Shown here piece after piece: positions 1 through 8,370 of a DNA stretch of 38,123 nt. Numbering within the stretch: position 1 is the stretch's first letter; every line of letters starts with the position of its first letter. Made by a program: the position numbers and the translations under genes. This stretch comes from a virus. Its lineage: Duplodnaviria; Caudoviricetes. Below the pieces are notes generated by a model. The model did no database searches. It was not told where the DNA came from and saw nothing but the letters and a program-made list of their open reading frames with translations. The DNA lies in IMG/VR virus record IMGVR_UViG_3300014613_000054, positions 1 through 38,123 of that record; one strand, written 5' to 3'.

Positions 1-5
1 ATATG

Positions 6-53
<48 letters not shown>

Positions 54-127
54 ATATTGTATTGTCCGAAGAGATGAGAATCTCGCGCAAGGGGTCCCGA
101 ATTACAAACCAACAAACCAACAAGCAA

Positions 128-291
128 TATTTGCAAGCTTCGCTTGCTGCGTAGCAACAATTGCGTAGCAACTTTGTTGCGTAGCAACAATGCAACAATT
201 GTATTGTACATTTTTTGACCAAAGCAATAATTGCCAGCCTTTGTTTACAAAGCAATCTGTATTTGCAAGCTTCGCTTGCTGCGTAGCAACA
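128..291. repeat. 32-bp exact direct repeat (128-159 and 260-291), TATTTGCAAGCTTCGCTTGCTGCGTAGCAACA
   Basis: Two identical copies, plus a third partial copy TTGCAAGCTTCGCTCGCAA at 373-391. The sub-motif TGCGTAGCAAC also occurs at 162-172, 178-188 and inverted at 490-500. Confidence 0.9.
192..233 (-). promoter_or_regulatory. 42-bp dispersed quasi-palindromic element, copy 1
   Basis: Minus strand reads CAATTATTGCTTTGGTCAAAAAATGTACAATACAATTGTTGC. Aligns without gaps to five other copies. Confidence 0.65.
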
Positions 292-400
292 GGGGGGTTA
301 GGGGGGTTGCAAAATGGCGTGTGTATAACTTGGCATCCTCGGCAAATTTGCAACCAAAACGAAATACAATAATTGCAAGCTTCGCTCGCAACGCAACGTA

Positions 401-439
401 GCAATTGCGGTGCAATTGCGGTGCAATTGCAGTGCAATT
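401..439. repeat. 11-bp tandem repeat GCAATTGCRGT, about 3.5 copies
   Basis: Units at 401-411, 412-422, 423-433 and a partial unit at 434-439. Each full unit contains the palindrome GCAATTGC. Confidence 0.9.
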
Positions 440-444
440 ATTGC

Positions 445-473
445 TTGATTAAATAATTGCAAAATGATACAAT
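445..473 (+). promoter_or_regulatory. Putative sigma70-type promoter with extended -10
   Basis: TTGATT (445-450), 17-nt spacer, TACAAT (468-473), preceded by TG at 465-466. Points toward the terminase operon. Confidence 0.5.
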
Positions 474-687
474 GCATACACGTGGGATTGTTGCTACGCA
501 ACAAACATTGGACAATAAGCGTAACAATGGGCAATTTAGAACTAACGTTCCCAGAAAATTTGGACGGCGCTTTAGGCAACAAGGCTTTGCGTAAAAGAAG
601 TCAGATGTTGCGGTTCCTTGGAACCCGCCACATCCCAGAATGTAAACCTAAAGACCGTTATTACGTGAGCAAGAAACGGCAAAACGC

Positions 688-1221
688 ATGGGGCGCCTTC
701 CTGGAAAAAGCACTCTTGAGCTAGAACGCTTGCAAGAAAGACACCGTGAGATCCTTCGCCGTGAGCTTTTAGGCCAGTCCCGCAGCGAGATCGCCAAAGA
801 ACTGGATATTAGTAAACAAAGCGTAAGCACAGCTAAAAACTGCGCGCTAGGACAGCAGCAGCTTGCATTTATGCAAGCTAAGGCCGACGATCGGGCAGTA
901 GCGATTTCGCAGCGTTTTCAAGCTGATGCTCTTGCTGCGCAAATGATGCTCTCAAAGCTAATGATAGACGATAAGGTTCAAGCGCCTACACGGCTTAAAG
1001 CTGCAATAGAAATTTTAGACCGTGCCGGTTACTCGCCCGTTAGGCGTACGGAAAGCGTGTCAGCTCGCCTGACACAAGAAGATATCGAAGTCCTAAAAGA
1101 GAATGCTCGTAGAGCAGGTGTACTGGTGCCATCAGATACTAATGGAAAACAGCACGACAAAGCCGTGCAAGAATTCTGCGTGGAGAACGAAAGTGAAGAA
1201 ACTGACGTTATTTCTACTTAG
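688..1221 (+). CDS. terS: Putative terminase small subunit (HTH)
   Basis: N-terminal HTH (QSRSEIAKELDISKQSVST) and a RLKAAIEILDRAG motif typical of small terminases. First gene of the operon containing terL. Confidence 0.7.
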   Translation: MGRLPGKSTLELERLQERHREILRRELLGQSRSEIAKELDISKQSVSTAKNCALGQQQLAFMQAKADDRAVAISQRFQADALAAQMMLSKLMIDDKVQAPTRLKAAIEILDRAGYSPVRRTESVSARLTQEDIEVLKENARRAGVLVPSDTNGKQHDKAVQEFCVENESEETDVIST

Positions 1222-1570
1222 CCTGGCAATGTTAGCTGCCTGGCCACTTATTGCACACGCGCTGCTTACTAGTAGGGCTGCTAGCGGCACGATAAACGGA
1301 AACGCTAAGAGCGTCCTAACGTTTAGCTCGCCAGTGCGTAATTGCTTGATCGTTAGCAACCGTCATGCTGCAACGAGCGTCGTGTATGTTTTGCTTAACG
1401 ACTCTGGCACTAGCACGACGGCTACGGTTTCTAGTACGGTCTACGATTTTGCCGTAGATGCGTTAGAAGACTTTACGCTTGATTCAGCCGCAATCGGAAA
1501 GTTTCCCATTACGTCTGTAGGCGTTTACACCGTGGACACTACGCCATCGTTAAGAGTTGTAGGCTTCTAG
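1193..1570 (+). CDS. Hypothetical beta-rich protein with predicted signal peptide
   Basis: Start reassigned to GTG 1193 (GGAG at 1182-1185). This gives MKKLTLFLLSLAMLAAWPLIAHA, a Sec-type signal ending in AHA. Confidence 0.7.
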   Translation: MKKLTLFLLSLAMLAAWPLIAHALLTSRAASGTINGNAKSVLTFSSPVRNCLIVSNRHAATSVVYVLLNDSGTSTTATVSSTVYDFAVDALEDFTLDSAAIGKFPITSVGVYTVDTTPSLRVVGF

Positions 1571-1665
1571 TGAAAGACTTGCCAGCTTACGCAGAAGTAA
1601 TAATAGCTTTAACGCTGCTTGGCTTGCTAGTTTTAGCAGTTACGTTTACCAAGGTTTTCCCTTAA
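1570..1665 (+). CDS. 31-aa single-transmembrane microprotein (not in ORF track)
   Basis: GTG...TAA frame encoding MKDLPAYAEVIIALTLLGLLVLAVTFTKVFP. Overlaps the upstream stop (TAGTG) and the terL start (TAATG), filling the gap exactly. Confidence 0.6.
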   Translation: MKDLPAYAEVIIALTLLGLLVLAVTFTKVFP

Positions 1666-3155
1666 TGGCTTTGGCGCAAGCAAATCCAGTTGATAAGGAA
1701 GTTATGCAGCTCTTACAAAGCTGCACAAATAACACGCGTGCGCTTTGCGAGTGCTTCATGAAAGAAGCGTTCTTTAGGCCGTTTGGCCTAATACATCAGC
1801 AAATCTTTGACTTGCTTGACAACCCGTCCAAGCAGCTAAAGCTTATAGTTGCTCCTCGTGGAATTGGCAAAACGTCCATAGTCCTAAAAGGACTCCTTTC
1901 ACGGCATATTCTATTTCAGCTTGCTAAGCACGTTGTATATGTTAGCAAGTCCTTTACGCACGCTGCAAGTCAAACGGAAAACCTAAAATTTGAGTTGCGT
2001 ACTAATCCATATTTCGTAGATCTTTTTGGCGACGTTAAAAGCGACGCGTTTGCCAAGGACGAGTGGACAACTTCTACTGGAATCCATGTTGTTCCTAGAG
2101 GCTCAGGCCAGCAAGTACGCGGGTTGCTATTCCGTAACTACCGGCCAGACCTGATCGTTGTAGACGACCTAGAGGATGATAAGCTAGTCCTGAACGAAGA
2201 CTATACCAATGAGCTTTGGGAATGGTTCAATTCTAGCTTGTTGAACTCCGTAGATCGCGGCGGTAATAGTTGGCAAATTGTAGTTATCGGAACGCTATTG
2301 CATGAGAATTCAGTTCTTGCCCGCTTACTGCGTGACGATAAGTGGGCTACTGTAAGGGTTAGTTTAGCCGACCAGGATTTGCGTAGCAACTGGCCAGAGT
2401 TTATATCTAACGAGAAAATAGCTGAGCTATACCAGGATTTTTCCAATCGTGGGTTAGCTGACCTATTTGCTCGTGAGTACTGTGGTGAAGTAGTTGCTCG
2501 TCAAGATGCAGCGTTTCGGCAGAGCTTCTTTAGGTACTACAAAGAAGGCGATAAGGACGTAGATTTTACAGAGACTGTAATTCTTGTTGATCCTGCAAAA
2601 ACCGCTCGTCATACTGCCGACTATACTGCCGTCGTTGGCGTAGGCTTGAATCGCTTAAAAGGTCATATCTACGTACGCGATGTAGTTATGGACCGGCTCG
2701 AGCCAGAACAAATGTATGAGCACGTACTAGCCATGGCCTTGCGCCTGCGTGCACGCGTGATTGGCTTAGAAGTAACCTCGTTAAACGAGTTTATTTTACA
2801 ACCGTTCAAAAACTACATGCTCAAGCACGGCCACGTATTTGAGCTTGTAGAGCTCAAAGCTAGGGATAAGAAGACTCGCAGAATCTCTATGCTGGCACCG
2901 TATTACCGGCAAGGCAACGTATATCATAATTCGTCTGGCGTATGCCGCCAGCTAGAAGCGCAGCTTCTCAGCTTTCCACACTCGCAGTACGACGACGTAA
3001 TGGACGCTTTAGCTTACATAATTGAGCTTATGGAGATTGGTGGCCGCTACTTTAGCAGCGCCGAGGCTCCAGATAAGAACGAACGTGCTGCTTATGAACG
3101 TTTGCGTTTGGAAGACGTTAGTGCTGGGCCAATCAATGGCTGGCAATTTGTATAA
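1665..3155 (+). CDS. terL: Terminase large subunit
   Basis: Walker A APRGIGKTS, Walker B LIVVDDLE, coupling motif IGT, nuclease acidic motifs ILVDPA and YDDVMDAL. Confidence 0.95.
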   Translation: MALAQANPVDKEVMQLLQSCTNNTRALCECFMKEAFFRPFGLIHQQIFDLLDNPSKQLKLIVAPRGIGKTSIVLKGLLSRHILFQLAKHVVYVSKSFTHAASQTENLKFELRTNPYFVDLFGDVKSDAFAKDEWTTSTGIHVVPRGSGQQVRGLLFRNYRPDLIVVDDLEDDKLVLNEDYTNELWEWFNSSLLNSVDRGGNSWQIVVIGTLLHENSVLARLLRDDKWATVRVSLADQDLRSNWPEFISNEKIAELYQDFSNRGLADLFAREYCGEVVARQDAAFRQSFFRYYKEGDKDVDFTETVILVDPAKTARHTADYTAVVGVGLNRLKGHIYVRDVVMDRLEPEQMYEHVLAMALRLRARVIGLEVTSLNEFILQPFKNYMLKHGHVFELVELKARDKKTRRISMLAPYYRQGNVYHNSSGVCRQLEAQLLSFPHSQYDDVMDALAYIIELMEIGGRYFSSAEAPDKNERAAYERLRLEDVSAGPINGWQFV

Positions 3156-3182
3156 CGGCACGGCGCACCATAGGAGCGTAAG

Positions 3183-4202
3183 ATGGCGACTAAAGAGGTT
3201 TACGTAGGCAATGTCTTGATGGCCGAGCACGATGAGTCAGACGTTTACGCCGACGACGGCACTACGTTGCGTGGCATTCGTGTTGCTGGCCAGATTCGCG
3301 TTGATACTGCTCCTACAGAAGACACGGACGTAGTCCGTAAGATGGACGCACTTAGTACTTCGCTACTTAAGCGTGTTTCTGTTGCAGACATTCACGATCC
3401 GTCTACGGAGCTTGCTAGTGAAACCGGCACTAATGGAGCTTTATTGATCGCTTACCAAGTAGAAGCCGCCGAGAACGCGTACATAATTTACATTGCAGAT
3501 ACGGCCGTGGTGGGCGGATCGTATGGCGTACCATATGCAGTTCCTGGTGACGGTTGTACGTGGCTTGCTATTGGCGGTTTAGCCAATACAGGGGGCTACC
3601 TTCTGGCTCTTGTTGTGTCGTTAGGTTTAACCGTTAATGACACCAATAACAGCTCCAGCCTTGTTGCTAAGTCTGCCAACGACGATAGTTGTCTAGTCGT
3701 TGCTGCGTCTAGCGATGCAGTAGGTATTGGAACGTCTAGTCCGGGAGCAAAACTTCACGTTCACGGCTCTGCATTAGAAGGCGCTGTTCATAAGATCTCT
3801 ACTAATGAAGGTTCTTTAACGTATCCGACTGAAGTGGTTTACCAAGCAATAGGAACTACAGTAACAAATACTGGTGAGACCTTGTTGACTTTGCCACTTG
3901 CCACTAACAAAAGTGCCTTGCTGGTTGTAAACTTTATCGGTCGCCGTGTTGATGTTGAAGGTACTTCTGGCTCTGTAGGCGACACGTATGGAGCAGTTCT
4001 TACAGCAACAATTAAGAATGTTTCTGATACTCTAACGGTAGTTGACCAAGGTGGTGCTGGGGAAGTAGTTACAAGAGCGCCTACTACGAATCCCTGCACG
4101 CCGGCAGTGGCAGTTTCCGGTACTGACGTTCTTGTCCAAATGGCTGGCAGGGCAACAACCATTATTACCTGGTTTGTGACTGCTAGAGTTTACTTGTCCT
4201 GA
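3183..4202 (+). CDS. Putative tail fibre/virion structural protein
   Basis: Good RBS (AGGAG). Fibre-type motif VGIGTSSPGAKLHV and a beta-rich C-terminal domain. Confidence 0.6.
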   Translation: MATKEVYVGNVLMAEHDESDVYADDGTTLRGIRVAGQIRVDTAPTEDTDVVRKMDALSTSLLKRVSVADIHDPSTELASETGTNGALLIAYQVEAAENAYIIYIADTAVVGGSYGVPYAVPGDGCTWLAIGGLANTGGYLLALVVSLGLTVNDTNNSSSLVAKSANDDSCLVVAASSDAVGIGTSSPGAKLHVHGSALEGAVHKISTNEGSLTYPTEVVYQAIGTTVTNTGETLLTLPLATNKSALLVVNFIGRRVDVEGTSGSVGDTYGAVLTATIKNVSDTLTVVDQGGAGEVVTRAPTTNPCTPAVAVSGTDVLVQMAGRATTIITWFVTARVYLS

Positions 4203-4208
4203 TTTGGA

Positions 4209-4250
4209 CAAATATTTTATTGGCCGATTATTGACCATTGCCACAATTGC
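4209..4250 (+). promoter_or_regulatory. 42-bp dispersed element, copy 2
   Basis: CAAATATTTTATTGGCCGATTATTGACCATTGCCACAATTGC, immediately after the stop at 4202. Confidence 0.6.
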
Positions 4251-4274
4251 AAAATTCATGCCAAGCAAACTAAT

Positions 4275-4607
4275 ATGGTCACACGCCGGTACTACATTGG
4301 AAGCTCAGGGCCGTACTACTACGATGACGAAGCTCCTTTACGCGACGGCAGCGCTATGTCTCTTGAAACTGACGAGGATGTAGAGGACTCAGAGTTATTT
4401 CAAAACACAATAGTAACCAAAGGCCAGATAAAGGTTGCTACTCCGCCGTCAGAAGACAATCACACGCTGCGTAAAGTTGACCTAACATCTGGCTTGATTA
4501 GCGCACTTACGTTGATAAACAACGGGCACACAGCAACGTTTGTGCTTTCCTCGGACGGAATTCTTTCCCTTACGCTAGACGGGATCGAAGTGCAGACATG
4601 GCCTTAA
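4275..4607 (+). CDS. Hypothetical protein, paralogous to the N-terminus of 3183..4202
   Basis: GQIKVATPPSEDNHTLRKVD versus GQIRVDTAPTEDTDVVRKMD, with similar starts (MVTRRYYIG / MATKEVYVG). Confidence 0.65.
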   Translation: MVTRRYYIGSSGPYYYDDEAPLRDGSAMSLETDEDVEDSELFQNTIVTKGQIKVATPPSEDNHTLRKVDLTSGLISALTLINNGHTATFVLSSDGILSLTLDGIEVQTWP

Positions 4608-6682
4608 CCGTAAAGTCTTTTTCACTCCTTTTTCTCCTTTACGGAGCTGTGTCTGCACTTGCTCAGACGCCTACGGCTACTCCTACGCCCACGCCGTCGC
4701 CTACGCCTACAGCTACGCCGCATCCGGAAGTTAGTGCTGGTTGGGTTACAACGTTCAAAGGCAATGTGCGTACAAAGTATGGCCTTTACTTTAACGCAGA
4801 TGCTGGTACTACAAGCACGCTTGTGCAATCCGGCTTGAGTCGTAACTCAGCAACTACTGAAACATTTAATTTTTCCAACCCCGGTGCTGGCTGCATGAAG
4901 CTGCTTGTTGACGGCACGACGGTTACGGTAGTAACCGATCTTGCTGCGTACGAGCCGGCGTTGCCATTAACGGATACGGTGCAACAAATGTTGCAAAGTA
5001 GAATTAACGACACGCCCGTTTGGTCCACAACCACTTGGCCGGCCACGGCGGGCACGAGCGGCAAGGTGTTGATTTCGGATGGGACAAATATTATATCTTC
5101 CACTTCGACGCTTCCAAGTTCAGCGGGGGCAACGGCCAATAAATTCTTGAAATCGGATGGAACCAATTACGTATTGTCCACGACGACGTGGCCGGACGCT
5201 TCGGCGACGGCGGGCAAAATCATTCGTTCGGGCGGCACGAACTGGGCGGCGTCCACGGCGACATACCCGGACTCTGTGACGGCGGCGGGGCAAGCCATCA
5301 TCGCGTCAGGCGAAAATGTTTTTGCCGTCTCCACCGCGGTGTATCCATCCGTGCCGGGGAATTCGGGAACATTGTTGGCGAGCAATGGAACGGGATTCAC
5401 AAATACCACGGCAACTTATCCTGGAACGGCGACTGGAACAGGAACAATTCTGCGAGCAGACGGAACGAATTGGGCGGCCACCACGGCGACCTACCCGGCA
5501 ACCACAACGATCAACCAGCTTCTCTATTCATCCGCCGCGAATGTTATTAGCGGCCTTACGTCCGTGAATTCCGCGATGCTAATCACGGATTCCGCTGGGC
5601 GGCCCTATTGGGTGACGTACGCGGACGCCAAAACCACGCTGGGGCTTGCCACGACTTCAACGCCGCAGTTCGCGGGGCTGACGATCACCGGGGGCGGCGC
5701 GATCAAGCCGAGCGCGGATTCCACGACGGCGCTGAATATCGCCAACGCGGCGGGGACGCCTCAGATTTACTACGACTCCACCAATATGCGCATGGGATTT
5801 GGCAAGAGCACTCCCGGCGTAACATTGGTTTTGGGGGGCAGTGACCCATCCTTCGCTTTACGTGAAGAGGACGATGGGTTTGACGCCGTTACTATCGGTT
5901 CGAGCACGGCGCAAGGGACGCTGGCCATTAATACAAGTGGAGTGGCGTGCGTTTCCTTTCAGGGATATAGCCATTCATATATCAAGCCCGCGGCGGCCGC
6001 TGGTTATTTTGGCGTTGGAATAGTGACTCCCACCACATTGATCCATGCAGACAAAGGCAATGCGACGGCGGCGTATCTGAAGTTTACGGCTGGGACAACG
6101 ACCGGGCAGACTGCAACGGATGGGTTTGATCTTGGCATTGACGCATCCGGCAACGCTGAGCTGCGGCAGCGCGAAAACCTGCCTATTTACGTTTACACCA
6201 ACAACACGCTGGCCGCGACGTTCCCGGCGGCGGGCGGATTGACGCTGGCATCACCTGGAATTTTGGGCGGTGATCAAGTTAGCATTGTTTATACACTTAA
6301 CGCCAGCACGCAGATTGTGACCGGCCCAAATACGGCGTGGTTCAAACTCAACGATCTACAGTGCAGTGCAGCAAAAGGCTACCAGTGTGTCAAGGCGGGG
6401 AGCGTTATTGGAATTGCCGTTCGGTATGATGTTACGTCCACGGCTTTGCCGGTTGGGGGTTTAGCATTTCATGTCGCGAAAAACGGGGCTAGCGTATGGA
6501 GCAACGCCATGGCTTTATGCGCTACCGTTGCCGATGATAAAAAAGAAACGCCAGTAACACAAGCGCGCGGAACAGATGTTTTTGCGGCTGGCGATACGCT
6601 GGGCGTCTATTTCTACAACAATTCGGTGGATGCAATTACGGTCAACGAATGTGAAGCAACGTTGCTTATTATTTATAACTAA
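4598..6682 (+). CDS. Tail-fibre-like protein with signal peptide, PT linker and ~25-aa shaft repeats
   Basis: MALTVKSFSLLFLLYGAVSALA|QTPTATPTPTPSPTPTATP. About 7 tandem (S/T)TxT(W/Y)P...G..L.SDGTN repeats. Fibre motifs RMGFGKSTP and FGVGIVTP. Confidence 0.7.
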   Translation: MALTVKSFSLLFLLYGAVSALAQTPTATPTPTPSPTPTATPHPEVSAGWVTTFKGNVRTKYGLYFNADAGTTSTLVQSGLSRNSATTETFNFSNPGAGCMKLLVDGTTVTVVTDLAAYEPALPLTDTVQQMLQSRINDTPVWSTTTWPATAGTSGKVLISDGTNIISSTSTLPSSAGATANKFLKSDGTNYVLSTTTWPDASATAGKIIRSGGTNWAASTATYPDSVTAAGQAIIASGENVFAVSTAVYPSVPGNSGTLLASNGTGFTNTTATYPGTATGTGTILRADGTNWAATTATYPATTTINQLLYSSAANVISGLTSVNSAMLITDSAGRPYWVTYADAKTTLGLATTSTPQFAGLTITGGGAIKPSADSTTALNIANAAGTPQIYYDSTNMRMGFGKSTPGVTLVLGGSDPSFALREEDDGFDAVTIGSSTAQGTLAINTSGVACVSFQGYSHSYIKPAAAAGYFGVGIVTPTTLIHADKGNATAAYLKFTAGTTTGQTATDGFDLGIDASGNAELRQRENLPIYVYTNNTLAATFPAAGGLTLASPGILGGDQVSIVYTLNASTQIVTGPNTAWFKLNDLQCSAAKGYQCVKAGSVIGIAVRYDVTSTALPVGGLAFHVAKNGASVWSNAMALCATVADDKKETPVTQARGTDVFAAGDTLGVYFYNNSVDAITVNECEATLLIIYN

Positions 6683-6693
6683 GGAGGCGAAAA

Positions 6694-7269
6694 ATGCAAC
6701 GGGTGTTTTCGGCTTTATTCTGGTTGGCCGTCTTTGTGCTTTTATCCTTTGGTATGCCGACGTATTTGTGGGCGCAGTCGCCGGTTTGGACGGCAGCGTT
6801 CCGGGGAGCAGCGGTCTCGATCAGCGACTTGCCTTCCACGCCGACCTGCACGCTGCTCGTTGGCGACGGCGCCACCACGCGGTCGATTGCCTCGAAGTCG
6901 CCTGGTGCGACGGAAGTCGTCGGCGTCTTTGCGCGCGACTCGTATGACCAGGTGGATTACCACGTGGGATTGAGCATGACGGGCGACGGCCCGACGCGCT
7001 ATTATTCATGGGGGCCGTTCCAGGCGCGGGATTTACTCGATGCGTTCGGTGAACGCGCGGCGGCGGCGATCCAGGCGCGCATCCAGGACATGGCCATGGA
7101 CCTGGGCAAGGATGCGGCGCAGAAGACGGCGCTTTACAAAGCCGCGCTCCTGGCTCTGCGCCGGGCTGGGGCGGATCTGATCAACGCCGAAAAGGACGCC
7201 CGGATTGCGCGGGCCACGGCGGACGCGGCGGCGACCGTGGCGAATGTCACCGACGAGAAAATCCCATAA
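6694..7269 (+). CDS. Hypothetical protein with N-terminal hydrophobic/signal segment
   Basis: AGGAGG RBS. MQRVFSALFWLAVFVLLSFGMPTYLWA N-terminus and an Ala-rich helical C-terminus. Confidence 0.7.
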   Translation: MQRVFSALFWLAVFVLLSFGMPTYLWAQSPVWTAAFRGAAVSISDLPSTPTCTLLVGDGATTRSIASKSPGATEVVGVFARDSYDQVDYHVGLSMTGDGPTRYYSWGPFQARDLLDAFGERAAAAIQARIQDMAMDLGKDAAQKTALYKAALLALRRAGADLINAEKDARIARATADAAATVANVTDEKIP

Positions 7270-7281
7270 GGGAGTGCTATT

Positions 7282-7617
7282 ATGTCTGATGGAATACCGA
7301 GAAGCGTGCATGAATGTGAAGTTTTACGGGACGCTTGCGTGGATAAGCTGGACCGGCACCGCAAATGGATAATCGGGCTGATGGTGTCAGTCCTAATCGC
7401 CATGCTGGTCCCGCTGATCACATATTCGATTTTCTTTATCCAGGCGACGGCTAAAGCGGATGCGCGGGTGCAGATAAACCAGGAACGCATCGCGGAGAAT
7501 AAGGCGCTCATGGAAAAGGAGCTTACGCAGGTGCGTCAGGACATGAGCGAAATCAAGAGCGACATCAAGTATCTGGTCCGCCAAAGCCAGAAGCGGGATG
7601 TAACTCTTAATCCATAA
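7282..7617 (+). CDS. Single-TM coiled-coil protein, possibly holin/antiholin-like
   Basis: One TM (WIIGLMVSVLIAMLVPLITYSIFFI) followed by a coiled coil. Directly upstream of the endolysin. Confidence 0.5.
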   Translation: MSDGIPRSVHECEVLRDACVDKLDRHRKWIIGLMVSVLIAMLVPLITYSIFFIQATAKADARVQINQERIAENKALMEKELTQVRQDMSEIKSDIKYLVRQSQKRDVTLNP

Positions 7618-7625
7618 GGTGAGAG

Positions 7626-8090
7626 ATGAGCGATAAGAACAACAACCCATTCAACGTCAAGCAGTGGAATCCGCCGTGGAAAGGCTCGACCGGGCGGGAC
7701 GCTCGCGGGCACGCCAACTTCTCCAATGTGGCCTATTCGGTCCGCGCCACGGTGCGCACGCTGGCTCAAAAGGCCGCCAACGGCAAGACCTCGCTCATGG
7801 CGATTTTCTTCGACTACGCGCCGATAGACGACGGCAACGACCCGGCTGGATATGCCGAGTTCGTGGCGGGCAGGATGGGCATCAGCGCGAGCGAGAAGCT
7901 ATATATCTTCGGGGCCAGCGGCCAGATTGCCCGGCGCGGCGATTTGAAAGCCATGCTGCGGGCCATGGCCGAGATGGAAGTTCATGCCGGGTACCAGCTT
8001 GATTCGGACGAATTGGAACTTGGTCTATTTCTCTATGAAAGGGACTTTGGGAAGAAGCCCAAATCCCTGGGCGAAATGGAGCAGAGATGA
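7626..8090 (+). CDS. Putative endolysin (lysozyme-like fold)
   Basis: NNPFNVK...ANF...SVRA...YAPIDDGNDPAGYAEFV...AMAEME matches the NNPGNI/YAP-END-Y family of phage lysozyme-like proteins. Lies in a lysis context. Confidence 0.75.
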   Translation: MSDKNNNPFNVKQWNPPWKGSTGRDARGHANFSNVAYSVRATVRTLAQKAANGKTSLMAIFFDYAPIDDGNDPAGYAEFVAGRMGISASEKLYIFGASGQIARRGDLKAMLRAMAEMEVHAGYQLDSDELELGLFLYERDFGKKPKSLGEMEQR

Positions 8091-8103
8091 AAGGGCGGCA
8101 TTC

Positions 8104-8370
8104 TTGGACATCGGGGATAAACTGTCTGGAAACTTGGTGATCATCAAGCCTATTCCACTGATTGTCGAAGCCGATAGCAAGCAAAGTCCCCCATTCGTGG
8201 TATCCGATAATATAGTTGACTGATATGGATTTGGTAAGACGCTAGAGGCCGCGCTTGCGGATTACAAGGAATCGCTCGCCGAATACTATGCGATCATCAA
8301 GGCTTTGGCCAGGACGCATAAGCCTACGCGAGCAGCGCTCAATTTGAAAAAGGAGAACGGCAATGCCTAA
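8104..8370 (+). pseudogene. HicB-like reading frame interrupted by in-frame TGA (8221-8223)
   Basis: KPIPLIVEAD...FVVSDNIVD*YGFGKTLEAALADYKESLAEYY continues in frame to TAA 8368-8370. The G.GxTxExAL pattern is HicB-like. Start is uncertain. Confidence 0.55.

Noticed and set aside
128-291. 32-bp repeats as a CRISPR array
   Set aside because: Only two full copies 132 bp apart, the intervening sequence is itself repetitive, and there are no cas genes.
102-724. Short ORFs in the left region (102..437, 190..372, 298..582, 464..724)
   Set aside because: They translate the DNA repeats, lack RBSs and have no protein-like features. The region is better explained as non-coding.
5188-8184. Many alternative-frame and antisense ORFs in the GC-rich block
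   Set aside because: Expected shadows of GC-rich coding sequence. They overlap better-supported genes.
8221-8223. Genome-wide TGA reassignment
   Set aside because: TGA ends several genes with ATGA coupling (24228, 8644, 35666), and long genes are intact under the standard code.
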